A DNA stretch of 64,000 nucleotides from Octopus sinensis (Eukaryota), in assembly GCF_006345805.1 (NCBI RefSeq), contig NC_043008.1:19158001-19222000 (forward strand), read 5' to 3'. Position numbers and translations under genes: made by a program. Shown here piece by piece: positions 1 to 12,864 of the stretch (within the stretch, counting starts at the first letter, position 1; each line of letters begins with the position of its first letter). The notes under the pieces were generated by a model. That model was not told the origin of the DNA and made no database searches. It was given only the letters and a program-made list of their open reading frames with translations.

Positions 1-370
1 GCAACACACGCAGAGTCAAAAGAAACACTACCTTTCACCAGCACACTGTGTGAATGACAGTGCTCTTTCTCCCTAGCATGAAGCTTCCTATCTCAAACAT
101 GTAAGCATGCACACAACAGCCAAATACCACATCGCTGGAACTGCGAAGCGCACAGTTCTATACAAGGACTTCTGTATTTTTTACATAAACTAGGGGGATG
201 GTTACTGACATTAAGCTTAAGGATTATATAATGTACAAGTATAAAGAAAGAATTAGGGAAAAAAGGACTCATTATATTGAATGTTATTGATAATATCAAG
301 TGGAAATAGTTCCGCAGTGCCTATACACGAGCCACCACTGATTAAGCCTAAATTATGATTAAGCCTAAAT

Positions 371-588
371 TAAGGGGTTGCTGAAAAGTTCTTGGCTTTA
401 AAGGTATCATGAAAGCCTGGTTGGAGACCTACCCTTCTGAGTTCTTTTACAGGGCTTAGAAAAACTGAAGGACCGCTGCAACAAGTGTGTGAATCTCAGA
501 GGGGAATAGGTTGGATAAAATCATAATTGACTGATCCTCCTGTATTTTCTTTTACCCAAAACCAGGAACATTTCAGCATCCTCTCGTG
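371..588 (+). mobile_element. Internally deleted mariner element (MITE-like)
   Basis: Imperfect ~28-bp TIRs (aaggggttgctgaaaagttcttggcttt / aaaaccaggaacatttcagcatcctctcg). The interior translates to FLQGLEKLKDRCNKCVNLRGE*VG*, which resembles a mariner transposase C-terminus with a nonsense change. Confidence 0.75.
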
Positions 589-619
589 TTTGTGTCTCCT
601 TGTCTTCACATTATATGAT

Positions 620-850
620 AGTTGTAAATGAGCATCACTGTCATACAAGCAGTGTCGTTCATTTTGAATATTGTGCCAAAAACCATGTCTGGCCATGAAG
701 AAATATTATCTTGCTTGGAAACCGAGCGTGGGTTGGTGACAGAAAGAGCATCCAGCTGCAGAAAGTTTTACCTTAATAAACTTTATCTCATTCATGCAAG
801 CAGGGAAAGGTGGACAAAAATATGATGATAATGATGATGATAATGATGAT
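620..850 (+). mobile_element. Family C2 retroposon 3' end with (GAT)n tail
   Basis: Shares the motif gggttggtgacagaaagagcatccagctg...catgcaagcagggaaaggtggac with family C and ends in (GAT)n. Inverted relatives at ~10640-10800 and ~21315-21500. Confidence 0.55.
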
Positions 851-1079
851 GATAATAAAGGTGGTGGTGGTGGTGGTGGTTTTGGTGGTAATGGTAGCAA
901 TGGTGGTGGCAGCAGTGATGGTGGTGCTGGTGCTGGTGGTGCTAGTGCTGGTGGTGCTGGTGGTGGCAGCAACAGTGGTGTTGGCAATGGTAGTGGCAGC
1001 AGTGGTGATGATGATGATGATGATGATGATGATATAGACAGACAGATAGACAGATAAACAGGCAGATAGACAGACAAAC

Positions 1080-1114
<35 letters not shown>

Positions 1115-1115
1115 T
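835..1115. repeat. (GAT)n/(GGT)n/(GACA)n compound microsatellite
   Basis: Directly visible; source of the Gly/Asp/Pro-rich ORFs at 706-1217. Confidence 0.95.
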
Positions 1116-1380
1116 ATATGTATGAAGAAACAGCATTTCCAGGTGTTTTAAGATATGCCTCAGCATAAGAAACATTCCTAATTTACACGGATACTTTATA
1201 GAAATGGAGCTAAACATTACGTTTCATGTACAAATATTTACAATAGAAACTTTGTTATCAACAATTTATCCTTGAAGATTAGAAGTGCACCATTTAGCAG
1301 AAGCACAAATGCAGTACATACATGCACACACACAAGCACATACACACACACACACTATATATATATATATGTATATATAT

Positions 1381-1737
1381 TCTCTCTTTACTTATTTCAG
1401 TCATTTAACTGGAGCACTGTCTTTAATCGAGCAACTCGACTCCAGTAAGCCCAGTACTTATTCTATCGGTCTCTTTTGCCAAACCGCTAAGTAACGGGGA
1501 CATAAACACACCAGCATCGGTTGTCAAGCAATGCTAGGTGGACAAATACAGACACACAAACGCATATATATATATACATATATACGACGGGCTTCTTTCA
1601 GTTTCCGTCTACCAAATCCACTCACAAGGCATTGGTCGGCCCGAGGCTATAGTAGAAGACACTTGCCCAAGTAGCCAGGCAGTGGGACGGAACCCGGAAC
1701 CATGTGGTTGGTAAACAAGTTACTTACCACACAGCCA
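1381..1737 (-). mobile_element. SINE family A
   Basis: Reverse complement of the ~400-bp family: head ggcgcaggagtggctgtgtggtaag (A-box-like), ggttcagtcccac (B-box-like), internal (TA)n/(TG)n tract, tail gctccagcatggccgcagtcaaatgactgaaacaagtaaaaga. More than 25 copies or fragments in the window. Confidence 0.85.
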
Positions 1738-2095
1738 TATATATACATATACATATATATATATAATATGATGGGTCTAGTTCACTTGTGACCTGAACGA
1801 ATAGGTACGCTAGGTAAGTGTTATAGTCAGTCAACTGCTAGGTTCCAAGATCACAGCTAAGGCTGGATCTAGGGATCTTTATTAGGGTTACGTTATTTCA
1901 GGTATATATTATCATTAGAGGAAAAAATCAAAACCAAGGCAGAGCGAGTATCTCAAGTCATTCAGAATAATTTAGTTAGGGTAGTATGGGTGAAGGTTAT
2001 TATTGATGATACTGGAGAGTAAACAGCACTGCACATCTTGATGATGAATCAACACACACACACACACACACATAAACACATACATACATATATAT

Positions 2096-2320
2096 ATTTC
2101 TTTATTGCCCACAAGGGACTAAACACAGAAGGGACAAACAAGGACAGACAAAGGGATTAAGTCGATTACATCGACCCCAGTGTGTAACTGGTACTTTATT
2201 TATCGACCCCGAAAGGACAAAAGGCAAAGTCGACCTCGGCGGAATTTGAACTCAGAACGTAAAGACAGATGAAATACTGCTAAGCATTTCGCCCGGCCTG
2301 CTAACGTTTCTGCCAGCTCG
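2096..2320 (-). mobile_element. SINE family B (B1 tail)
   Basis: Reverse complement of gcgagctggcagaaacgttagc...gagttcaaattccgccgaggtcgactttgcctttcatcctttcggggtcgataaa...agccccttgtgggcaataaagaaata. About 30 copies or fragments in the window. Confidence 0.85.
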
Positions 2321-2469
2321 TATAGATATATACACACACACATATAACACCCTTTCTTTCCCTTAGTGCTTTGCATGTACCACATCCTCGCGTTGTTTAT
2401 ATTTTCTCCGTTTATTTTTAATAACCCCACATGTATACATATGTGTGTGTGTGTGTGTGTGTGTTATAT

Positions 2470-3030
2470 TTATATTGTTGACACATTATGTTACAATTGT
2501 TTCTATAGAATTGTTATTTGTTTGTTGAATAACACATTACATCATCTTATTAAACAACATTATTGAACAAATAATACCACTTCTGGTCACTTCAGTCATG
2601 TAAACACACATGCTTTTCATGAACTTTTTTATCTTCCCTCCAGACCTTTCCTCTCTCCCCTTTCTAACAAAGAGCCATCCTCAGAACATTATACACCCAC
2701 TCTATTTATCCACCTTGTACTGAGTGTCAAACTATAATAAATTCCAAGTGTATGTCCTTTTGACTGTTGTTACTTTGTTATCTTTTTTATTTGCTTAATT
2801 GTGTATATACACACATACATACATACACACATACACACACACACACATACATACATTCAAACAATAAAAGAATAAAAACAGAGACATTGTTCACATTAAG
2901 TTACGACCATTTTCGTAGAATGATTATCCATTTGTTCAATAATGTTAATTACTAATATGATGTAATACATTATTCAACAAACAAATAGCAATTCTACAGA
3001 AACAACTGTAACATAATATGTGAAAAATAT
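2470..3030. repeat. Inverted repeat, ~100-bp arms (2470-2572 / 2927-3030)
   Basis: ttatgttacaattgtttctatagaattgttatttgtttgttgaataa...cattattgaacaaat matches the reverse complement of 2927-3030 at roughly 85% by eye. Confidence 0.8.
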
Positions 3031-3302
3031 ATCCGTTCATGTCCTTTAATTATTATATTTACACTGTGATAAATGTACTAATTATTGTTGCTACGTACAA
3101 TGGACTTACAGAATGCTTAATATCACAAATTAACTAATTAATATTGCATTGTCCGTTTTGTTGACTAGTTGATGGATTATTAGTATCATCAGTATTACAA
3201 TATTCCTCTGAGTAACCTTTTAGGTAATTACAGTTATTGACAGAATGCTACTGAGTAAATTGCTTGGTTCACATAGAACCTCCTATTATATATATATATA
3301 TA

Positions 3303-3337
<35 letters not shown>

Positions 3338-3404
3338 TTATCAAAAAAAAACATATATATAATATATATATATACATATACATATATATGTATATATGTA
3401 TATA

Positions 3405-3615
3405 CTCTTTACTCTTTTACTTGTTTCAGTCGTTTGACTGTCGCCATGCTGGAGTACTGCCTTTAGTTGAGCAAATCGATCCCAGGACTTATTCTTTGTA
3501 AGCCTAGTTCTTATTCTATTGGTCTTTTGCCAACCGCTAAGTTACGGGGACATAAACACACCAGCATCGGTTGTCAAGCGATGTTGGGGGGACAAACACG
3601 GACACACAAACATAT

Positions 3616-3625
<10 letters not shown>
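3405..3625 (-). mobile_element. SINE family A, 3' half
   Basis: Matches the family A 3' half and tail. Confidence 0.8.
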
Positions 3626-3646
<21 letters not shown>

Positions 3647-3861
3647 ATATATATATATATAATATATATATATATAAATGTTGTGTGTGTGTGCGTGTGT
3701 AGAAAATGAAAGTAAAGGGAAAGAAAGAAAGCATTCTTTTCCTTTTACTTTCATTTTCTACTTCTGTACCACGATACTTCAAGCGAACTGTTGTGCTCTT
3801 ATATATGTGTGTGTGTGGGTGTATGTGTGTATGAAATAATAATAATCCTTTATACTATAGA

Positions 3862-4060
3862 CACAAGGCCTGAAATTCATTGGAGCAGGCCTAACCGATT
3901 ACATCAACCCCAGTACTCAACTGGTACTTATTTTAGCAACCCCGAAAGGATAAAAGGCAAAGTTGACGTCAGAGAAATTTGAGCTCAGAGCATAAAGGTG
4001 GAACAAATGTTAAGCATTTTGTTCAGTACAATAAACATCCTTCCAGTTTACAACCTTAAT
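3862..4060 (-). mobile_element. SINE family B (B2 tail variant)
   Basis: Family B body with an alternative tail containing tttcaggccttgtg; diverged. Confidence 0.7.
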
Positions 4061-4064
4061 CATT

Positions 4065-4372
4065 ATCATCATCATCATCTTCATCGTTAACGTCAATTTT
4101 CCATGCTGGCATGGGTTGGATGGTTTGACTGGAGAATGGCAAGCTAGGAGGCCGCACAAGGCTCCAATCTGATCTGACAATGTTTCTACAGCTAGATGCC
4201 CTTCCTAACGCCAACCACACTGAGAGGGTAGTGGGTGATTTTTATGTGCCACCAGCACAGGAACCAGTCAGGTGGTACTGGCGTTGGCCACATTAGGATG
4301 GTGCTTTTTATGTGCCACCGGCACAGGAGCCAATCTAGGTGGGTGGGGATGGCATCGACCACATTCAGATGG
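4065..4372 (-). mobile_element. Family C RTE-like LINE 3' end
   Basis: (CAT)n followed by cgttaacgtc...ccatgctggcatgggttgga...gatgcccttcctaacgccaacc; the reverse complement ends in (GAT)n. Confidence 0.8.
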
Positions 4373-4907
4373 TACACACATACATGCACCATGATGACTA
4401 TCACCTCCTCACCACCATTAACGAAGTCACTGCTATTATTTCTACAATAAACCTACATACATATATGCATATAATATATATGTATACATACATACACATA
4501 TACATAAACATACAGATACACACATAACTATAACAACTACCATTACCACCACCACCACCACCACCACCACTGCCATTACGGTAGTCATTAGAATTACAAT
4601 TACATAATTATAAACCAAACTATAACAACAACCTCCCCACATAAGGGGAACGTTGACCCCCTGCTACCATCAGTACTGCAATCCCTACCACCACATCCGC
4701 AACCACCACACAATCATCTTCCTCCCCACCACCACCACCACCACCACACCATCACACCTCTCCATATGTCCACAACAACGACGATGATGACTACAACAGC
4801 AACAACAGCAGAATTTGCCTGAATAAATAGAAAATTTGGTCAACTAATTCACACATGGAAACCATCATAGGTTTGATACCAAGACAACCATCATCATCAT
4901 TATTATG

Positions 4908-4942
<35 letters not shown>

Positions 4943-5448
4943 AAGCACCATCACCACCGCTAACTTTGCTTTCACCATCAACAAATCACTAACTTTGCTA
5001 TCCTCTTTATATCCTTCCAGCCAGCCATCTAGCATAACCTGCTTGATATTTTGGGGATGGTCATGGGAATAGAGTACTCAAGTACCTCCTCCATAAGTAC
5101 TATGAAAGTGAACTGTGTTCAACGTGATAAATTACACCAGTATATGATGTTTCAAACTGTTTAGTTAACAAAAAAAAATTTTTAATCTATAAGCCAAACT
5201 GAAGAGATCCTCGCCTCCCCCTATTGGGAGTTTTTCATTGTTACAATCTTTCGTTGTTAAACAGTTTTTACTCAAATTTGTTTCAAAAACGGACAAAACC
5301 CTTTGTAACCTTTCGTCCTGTTTTGTCCCTTTATGTTTATTAATCATGTGTGTCAGCCCTTGTGGCCAATAAAAAGAATGAATTATTATTATTATTATTA
5401 TTATTATTGTTAAACAAGACGAAGAGTGCAGTACAATTGCAATAGACA

Positions 5449-5619
5449 TTTTATTGGTTGAACAATATTTCAACAGCAAGCCTGTCTTTGTTGAGTTCAA
5501 AATAAGAAGTGATAGAAATTCATAAAACTCAAAGTTATAGAAATTTGAATTTTTATCAATTTTTATTTCAGACTCAACAAAGACAGGCTTGCTATTGAAA
5601 TATCGTTCAACCAACAAAA
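5449..5619. repeat. 48-bp inverted repeat with 75-bp spacer
   Basis: Arms 5449-5496 and 5572-5619 differ at 3 positions. Confidence 0.9.
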
Positions 5620-5705
5620 TATTTATCATGCTCTTCGTCTTCTGTTTACCTTTGTGAAGAGTTACATCAATCCTTTATAAATATTACTATTATCATTATT
5701 ATTAT

Positions 5706-6105
5706 AGGTGCAGAAGAGGCTGTATGGTAAGTAGCTTGCTTACCAACCACATGGTTCTGGGTTCAGTCCCACTGCGTAGCACCTTGGGCAAGTGTCTTCT
5801 GCTATAGCCTCGGGCCAACCAAAGCCTTGTGAGTGGATTTGGTAGACAGAAACTGAAAGAAGCCCAACGTATATATGTATATGTATATATATATATGTGT
5901 ATGTGTTTGTGTGTCTGTGTTTGTCCCCCCAACATTAATTGACAACTGATGCTGGTGTGTTTACGCACCTGTAACTTAGCGGTTCAGCAAAAGATACCGA
6001 TAGAATAAGTACTAGGGTTACAAAGAAGAAGTACTGGGGGCGATTTGCTCGACTAAAGGCAGTGCTACAGCATGGCCACAAGTAAAAGGAGTAAAAGAAA
6101 AAAGA
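5706..6105 (+). mobile_element. SINE family A, full length
   Basis: Head to tail match to family A. Confidence 0.85.
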
Positions 6106-6429
6106 GTATAATAATTTATAACACTGATACAAGGTAACAAATTTTAGAAGGCTAGGCACAGTTAATCGAACTGCTCATAATCAACTTTCCAAAGGATAGA
6201 ACACAAAGTTGGTGTGTGTGGAATTTAAGCTCAGGAGGTTAAAAGATGTAATTAAAAGTATTTATTCAGGAATCCTACTGTTTTTGAGACTCTCTTCTGT
6301 TGTAGTTATTCTAGTTATTCTAAATATTATCTTACTTGTTTCAATTACAGGAATGTAGGTCACTCCGAGGAGTCTCAAATATTTACACTCCTCTCCATGT
6401 TAATCAATAATAATGATAATAAAAATGGT

Positions 6430-6622
6430 TTCAAATTTTGGTACAAGGCCAGAAATCTTGGGGGGAGGGGTAAGTCGATTACATTGACCCCCAGTACTTA
6501 TACTGGTACTTATTTTATCGACCCTGAAAGGATGATGGCTGAGTTGACCTCAGTAGAATTTGAACTCGGAATGTAAAGATCGGGGCGAAATGCTGCTAAG
6601 CATTTTGCCTGGTGTGCTAAGC
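6430..6622 (-). mobile_element. SINE family B (B2 tail)
   Basis: Family B body; tail aaattttggtacaaggccagaaat on the + strand. Confidence 0.7.
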
Positions 6623-6779
6623 AGCTTAATAATAATAATTATGGTGGTAGTGGTAGTAGTAGTAGTAGTAGTAGTAGTAATAGTAGTAGTAGTAGTAGTT
6701 GTTGTTGTTGTTGTTGTTGTCCATCATTAATTGTTTAATCCATACCAGCATAAAAAAAGTGGATATAAAAAAAATATAA

Positions 6780-7140
6780 ATCAGTCCCACTGCGTGGCAT
6801 CTTGGGCAAGTGTCTTCTGCTATAGCCACGGGCCGACCAATGCCTTGTGAGTGGATTTAGTAGACGGAAACTGAAAGAAGCCCGTCGTATATATATATAT
6901 ATATATATATATTCGTGTGTGTGTTTGTGTGTCTGTGTTTGTCCCCCTAGCATTGCTTGACAACCGATGCTGGTGTGTTTACGTCCCCGTCACTTAGCGG
7001 TTCGGCAAAAGAGACCGATAGAATAAGTACTGGGCTTACAACGAATAAGTCCCGGGGTCGATTTGCTCGACTAAAGGCGGTGCTCCAGCATGGCCGCAGT
7101 CAAATGACTGAAACAAGTAAAAGAGAGAAAAGAGAAAGAG
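6780..7140 (+). mobile_element. SINE family A, 5'-truncated
   Basis: Starts at tcagtcccactgcgtggc; near-consensus to the tail. Confidence 0.85.
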
Positions 7141-7514
7141 AACCATGTTTTTTTAAAAACGGTTTTTGGTCAGGTTAGAAGGAGAGCAGAAGAGAAGTCT
7201 GTGACAATGCTTTGCACTGTTTACCATAAAAGTGCTTTTCATGAGTCACTGAGTTAACGAATTAAACTCATTGACATCTAAAGAGTCTTGAACAAGAGAT
7301 ATAGACATGACAAAATGCCAGTTGTGGAACAGAAACCACCAATCCCATTCATCCAAAGATTATTTAAAGCGAATAAGATAAAATAAAAAAAAAAACAGAA
7401 AAGAGAAAAAAAATGACGATATCATCATCATCATCATCATCATCATTATTATCATCATTTAACATCTGTTTTTCATGCTGGCATGGGTTGGACTATAAAA
7501 AAAAAACCAGGAAA

Positions 7515-7688
7515 ATAGAAGATCATCATCATCATCATCATCGTTTAACGTCCGCTTTCCGCGCTAGCACGGGTTGGACGGTTCGACCGGGGTCTGGGAA
7601 GCCAGGAGGCTGCACCAGGCTCCAGTCTGATCTGGCAGTGTTTCTACAGCTGGATGCCCTTCCTAACGCCAACCACTCTGTGAGTGTA
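7515..7688 (-). mobile_element. Family C 3' end
   Basis: Near-consensus 3' ~170 bp with (CAT)n. Confidence 0.85.
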
Positions 7689-8056
7689 GATATAGATAAA
7701 AAACAATTCCTATTGGAATTATAAGATTTTAAAAACATCGGATAAAGGGAGAGCAGGGAGAAAGAGAGAGAGAGAGAGACATACAGACAGACAGACAGAC
7801 AGAGAGAGAGAGAGAGAGAGAGATGGATGGATGGATGGATGGATGGATGGATGCCATGAGCTTCCATACAGTTTTTGCCTAAAAAAATTCACTCACGTGG
7901 CATCTGTCAGCCTGAAGCAATTGCACAAGGTAACACTTTCACAAGGTGACACACAGTAGAACTGAACCGCAAAAAAACATGCTTGCAAGGCCAGCTTCTA
8001 AACCACACATCTATGCCTGTGCCTTGTTCGCATAACAATGTTTAGCTTGTGAGAGC

Positions 8057-8091
<35 letters not shown>

Positions 8092-8289
8092 AAAGAAAAG
8101 CAAAATAAGGGTCCTTTGAATACATAAAAAGATACTTAAGGAGCTGTTTATATAAGGTTATGTCATTTGGTTATTATAAACACTGAGTGTCTATAATGAA
8201 GGAGCAGCTGTCAGAGAGTCTCAAATAACCCAATGTTTGCACTAATAGTTAGAGAATTAACCTTGTGTCGTACATGATATGCTGCCTGT

Positions 8290-8336
8290 ACACGTGTGTG
8301 TGTGTGTGTGCATGTGTGTATGTGTGTGTGTGCGTC

Positions 8337-8370
<34 letters not shown>

Positions 8371-8554
8371 TCTGTCTATATATGTGTGTGTGTGTGTGTG
8401 TGTGTCTATATGTGTGTGTGTGTCTATATGTATGTGTGTGTGTGTCTATATATATATGTGTGTGTGTGTGTGCGTGTGTCTATATATGTGTGTGTGTGTG
8501 CGTGTGTGTCTATATATATGTGTGTGTGTGTCTATATATATGTGTGTGTGTGTC

Positions 8555-8588
<34 letters not shown>

Positions 8589-9050
8589 TGTGTCTATATA
8601 TGTGTGTGTTTGTGTCTATATATATGTGTGTGTGTGTGTCAATATATATATGTGTGTGTGTGTGTGTGTTTGTGCATGTGTCTATATGTTTGTGTGCATG
8701 TGTGTGTCTATATATATGTGTAGGTGTGTGTGTGTGTGTGTGCGTGCGTGTCTATATGTGTGTGTGTGTGTCTATATATGTGTGTGTGTATGTGTGTGTG
8801 TGCGTGTGTCTATATGTGTGTGTGTGTTTCTATATATATATATGTGTGTGTGCATGTCTATATATATGTGTGTGTGTGTGTGCATCTATATATATGTTTG
8901 TATGTGTGTATGTTTGTGTGTGTGTATCTATATATACATATTTATGTGTGTCTATATACATGTGTGTGTGTGTGTATCTATAGACGTGTGTGTGTGTGTG
9001 TGTGTCTATATACATATGTGTGTGTCTATATACATGTGTGTGTGTGTCTA
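8290..9050. repeat. Compound (TG)n microsatellite punctuated by ctatatat
   Basis: Directly visible; source of the C/V/Y-rich ORFs at 8265-9171. Confidence 0.95.
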
Positions 9051-9235
9051 TGGCAGAAACGTTAGCACACCGGGCGAAATGCTTAGCAGTATTTCGCCTA
9101 CCGTTATGTTCTGTGTTCAAATTCCGCTGAGGTCAACTTTGCCTTTCATCCTTTGGGGGTCAATTAAATAAGTACCAGTTAACTCAATCCCTTTGTCTGT
9201 CCTTGTTTTTCCCCTCTATGTTTAGCCTCCTGTGC
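9050..9235 (+). mobile_element. SINE family B
   Basis: ggcagaaacgttagcac...gaggtcaactttgcctttcatcc...tgtttagcc. Confidence 0.8.
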
Positions 9236-9376
9236 GTGAGTACTAACACATATACACACTAACAATATATCACGCCATCTGTATGCATGTATGTACTGAA
9301 ATCCACACATCCTCATATTAGTGTGTATGTACGCACCAACTTATCTCTATTATTATGTATGCGAATCAACAAGTGT

Positions 9377-9412
<36 letters not shown>

Positions 9413-10125
9413 ACAGCAGCAGCAGCACTGGCACCAGCAGAATGAGTGTATGTGTTGTGTATTAGTACAATACACTAAAGGAAAACTTTGCTGCTGCTGC
9501 TGCTGCTACTGCTGCTGGTTCCCCAGATCATCCCTAATATAGCAGACCTATACGACCAAAGACATTCCAGATGAGAACAATACCATATTTTGTTCAGACA
9601 CAGTCTATCTAAGACTCATATCATCCAATGTGTCCTAGATTTTTTTTTTTCATTTTTTAGTAAGACAGTAAGGTATTATACGAGGAAAATTTGGGTTCTA
9701 TTTTAAGCAGGGTTCAATGACCACATAGAGGCTCTCTCATTAGTTTTCTTGTTTCAGTTGTTCTTGCTTATCTCCAGGTAACTCCTGATTCAAGAAAGTC
9801 TATGATAAAAAGCTTATTCAGTTATAAGATATCTCAGACAACATTCCCCGATGTATGATTCACTTTTTAATGAAAGTAAAGGGACTTAGCTGCTATTTCT
9901 AGCCTGTTGGGTGACCATGTAAAGCAGCATATCCCAACCAAGATTGCCCAGAACGGATCCATCGTGTATCATATAATTATGTCCACTTCTTACCAGTTGC
10001 AACCAGTTTTTCTAACTTAGAGGACATAAAACTGCTGACTATCATTAATTTTGCTCCTGTCAAATTTTCCCTGAAGAAAAGTTCTCTGAAATGTTGGATT
10101 CTCCTTTACCAAAGGCAATTTTGCC

Positions 10126-10500
10126 ATAGGTGCAGGTGTAGATGTGTGGTAAGAAAGCTTGCTTCCCAACCACATAGTTCCAGGTTCAGTTCTTCTGTGT
10201 GGAACTTTGGGCAAGTGTCTTCTGCTATAGCCTTGTGAGTGGATTTGGTAGATGGAAACTGAAAGAAGTCAATCACATGTGTGTGAGTGTGTGTGTGGTT
10301 GTGTTTGTCCCCTCCACCACCACCACCACCATCAATTGACAAGCGATGCTGGTGTGTTTACATCCCCATAACTTAGCAGTTTGGCAAAAGAGACCTGATA
10401 GAATAAGTACTAGTGCTGGCTGCAGTCAAATAACTGAAACAAGTAAAAGAATAAAAGAATAAAGGAATAAAGGAATAAAGGAATAAAGGAATAAAGGAAT
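10126..10500 (+). mobile_element. SINE family A (diverged) with tail expanded into (TAAAGGAA)n
   Basis: Family A match; 8-bp tail repeat at ~10440-10500. Confidence 0.75.
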
Positions 10501-10989
10501 ATAGTATATACTCCTTAAGAAACGGTAATTCTGACATCTGAGATAGTAAGAACTCAATTATCTCTTAATGGAGAATTATATGAGAATTTGGTCTAAGCAA
10601 GATCTTCTTTATCATCATCGTTATCATCACCACCATCACCGCAACCACTTTCATCATCATCATAATCCTCATTTAACATCCATTTTCCCATGCTTGTATA
10701 GATCAGACAGAATTTCTCAAGGCTGATCCTGTTTCCAATCCTCACCAATTTCCCAGCAAGAGACCAGATGTTTAGACCGAAGATTGGCAGCGAAGAACAC
10801 ATGACATGACAGTGAAACTCACAACTACCACACAATATCAAGGCAAGGAGACAGTAACACACACACACACATACACACACACACACACACACACATACAC
10901 ACACACACACAAACACACGCATACACACACACACACATACAAATGCACAAGCATGTAACACAACCAAAACGCTAAGACTTTTGCATTCA

Positions 10990-11405
10990 TAGGCGCAGGA
11001 GTGGCTGTGTGGTAAGTAGCTTTCTTACCAACCACATGGTTCCGGGTTCAGTCCCACTGCGTGGCACCTTGGGCAAGTGTCTTCTACTATAGCCTCGGGC
11101 TGACCAAAGCCTTGTGAGTGGATTTGGTAGACGGAAACTGAAAGAAGCCTGTCGTATATATGTATGTATATATATATATGTATGTGTTGTGTGTTTGTGT
11201 GTCTGTCCCCTAGCATTGCTTGACAACCGATGCTGGTGTGTTTATGTCCCCGTTACTTAGCGGTTTGGCAAAGAGACCGATAGAATAAGTACTGGGCCTA
11301 CAAAAGAATAAGTCCTGGGGTCGAGTTGCTCGATTAAAGGTGGTGCTCCAGCATGGTCACAGTCAAATAACTGAAAAGAGTAAAAGAGTAAAAGAGTAAA
11401 AGAAT
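10990..11405 (+). mobile_element. SINE family A, full length
   Basis: Near-consensus head ataggcgcaggagtggctgtgtgg through (gtaaaaga)n tail. Confidence 0.9.
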
Positions 11406-11459
11406 ATAGTTTCCTGGTGCTGGCTAATGACTATAATATTTTTCTTTACATATACTGCT

Positions 11460-11640
11460 TTCAAATTCTGGCACAAGGCCAGCAATTTCAGATGCAGGCA
11501 TAAGTCGATTACATCAAGGCCAGTGTTCAACTGGTACTTATCTAATCAACCCCAAAAGGGTGAAAGGCAAAGTCAACCTCAGCAGAATTTGAACTCAGAA
11601 TATGAAGATGTATGAAATGCAGTTAAGCACTTTGCCCATG
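11460..11640 (-). mobile_element. SINE family B (B2 tail)
   Basis: Diverged family B match. Confidence 0.65.
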
Positions 11641-11890
11641 ATTCTTTTACTTGTTTCAGTCATTTGACTGCGGCCATGCTGGAGCACTACTTTTAGTCAG
11701 ACAAATTGACCCCAGGACTTACTCGTTGTAAGCCTAGTACTTATTCTACCAATCCCTTTCGCTGAACCACTAAGTTACAGGGACATAAACACACCAACAT
11801 CGGTTGTCAAGCAATGGTGGGGGAACAAACACAGACACAAACATATATATATATATGTATATGTATGTATGTATACATACATATATATAT

Positions 11891-11929
<39 letters not shown>

Positions 11930-12003
11930 GTATGTATTTACATATACATATATATATATATATGTATGTATGTATACATATACATATATATATGTATGTA
12001 TAT

Positions 12004-12037
<34 letters not shown>

Positions 12038-12235
12038 GTATTTATATATATATGCATGTATGTATGTACATATGATGGTCTTCTTTCAGTTTCTGTCAAC
12101 CAAATCCACTCACAAGGCTTTGGTCAGCTCGAGGCTATAGTAGAAGACACTTGCCAAATGTGCCATGCAGTGGAACTGAACCTGGAACCTTGTGGTCGAG
12201 AAGCAAGCTTCTTACCACACAGCCACTCCTGTGCT
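11641..12235 (-). mobile_element. SINE family A with expanded internal microsatellite (~230 bp)
   Basis: Both SINE halves flank an enlarged (TA)n/(CA)n tract. Confidence 0.8.
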
Positions 12236-12864
12236 AACAATTCTGGGCACTTCACCTCCTTGTTATGTTTTTACGTATATTACCAGAGGCACCAACATCA
12301 GTGGGTCTACCCTAACCACTTGTGATGAATCACAGTAACAAAAAAACAAAAAAAACGGAATGTTGTCAGCTGGGCAAACGATACGATTCATCTTATTTTT
12401 TGTTTGTCACGACTTTTTGAGAGACAAGGGCACAAGAATATTAATGTTACATAAGAGACCAGCTTCAAAAAGGAGGTTGTGAGCTATTTGACGTATAAAG
12501 TATTTCTTAGTGTTGTCATACTGGGATGCAAGTGGTTACAAGGGTGGTTTGGTGGAATGGGGGTGAAAAATACTGAAGAGTTGCAGAGTGCTAACAGCTG
12601 CTCAAAGCTAAAGTATTCTAAAAAAAAAAGGCTAAGTGTCTCTCGTGTAGTCTTTTATTTTAACCACATTATTTTTTTTTTTTCTGTTATTTTTGCTTTT
12701 TTTTTCAAGTTTTTTCGTGTTGTTGTTTGATGTGTTTTCCTTTGCTAAGTATATGAAAAAGATTATCAAATGTTACGCTTGTGTGTGTATGTGAGTTGCA
12801 TGTGTGTGTGTACGTGTGTATGTGTGTGTGTGGGGTGGGGGAACAAATTAAATCTAATACATTT

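Noticed and set aside
1883-1922. Degenerate hammerhead on the minus strand (CTAATGA T..CCT GAAA TAACG TA)
   Set aside because: G5 is mutated, stems I and II do not pair, and there is only a single copy.
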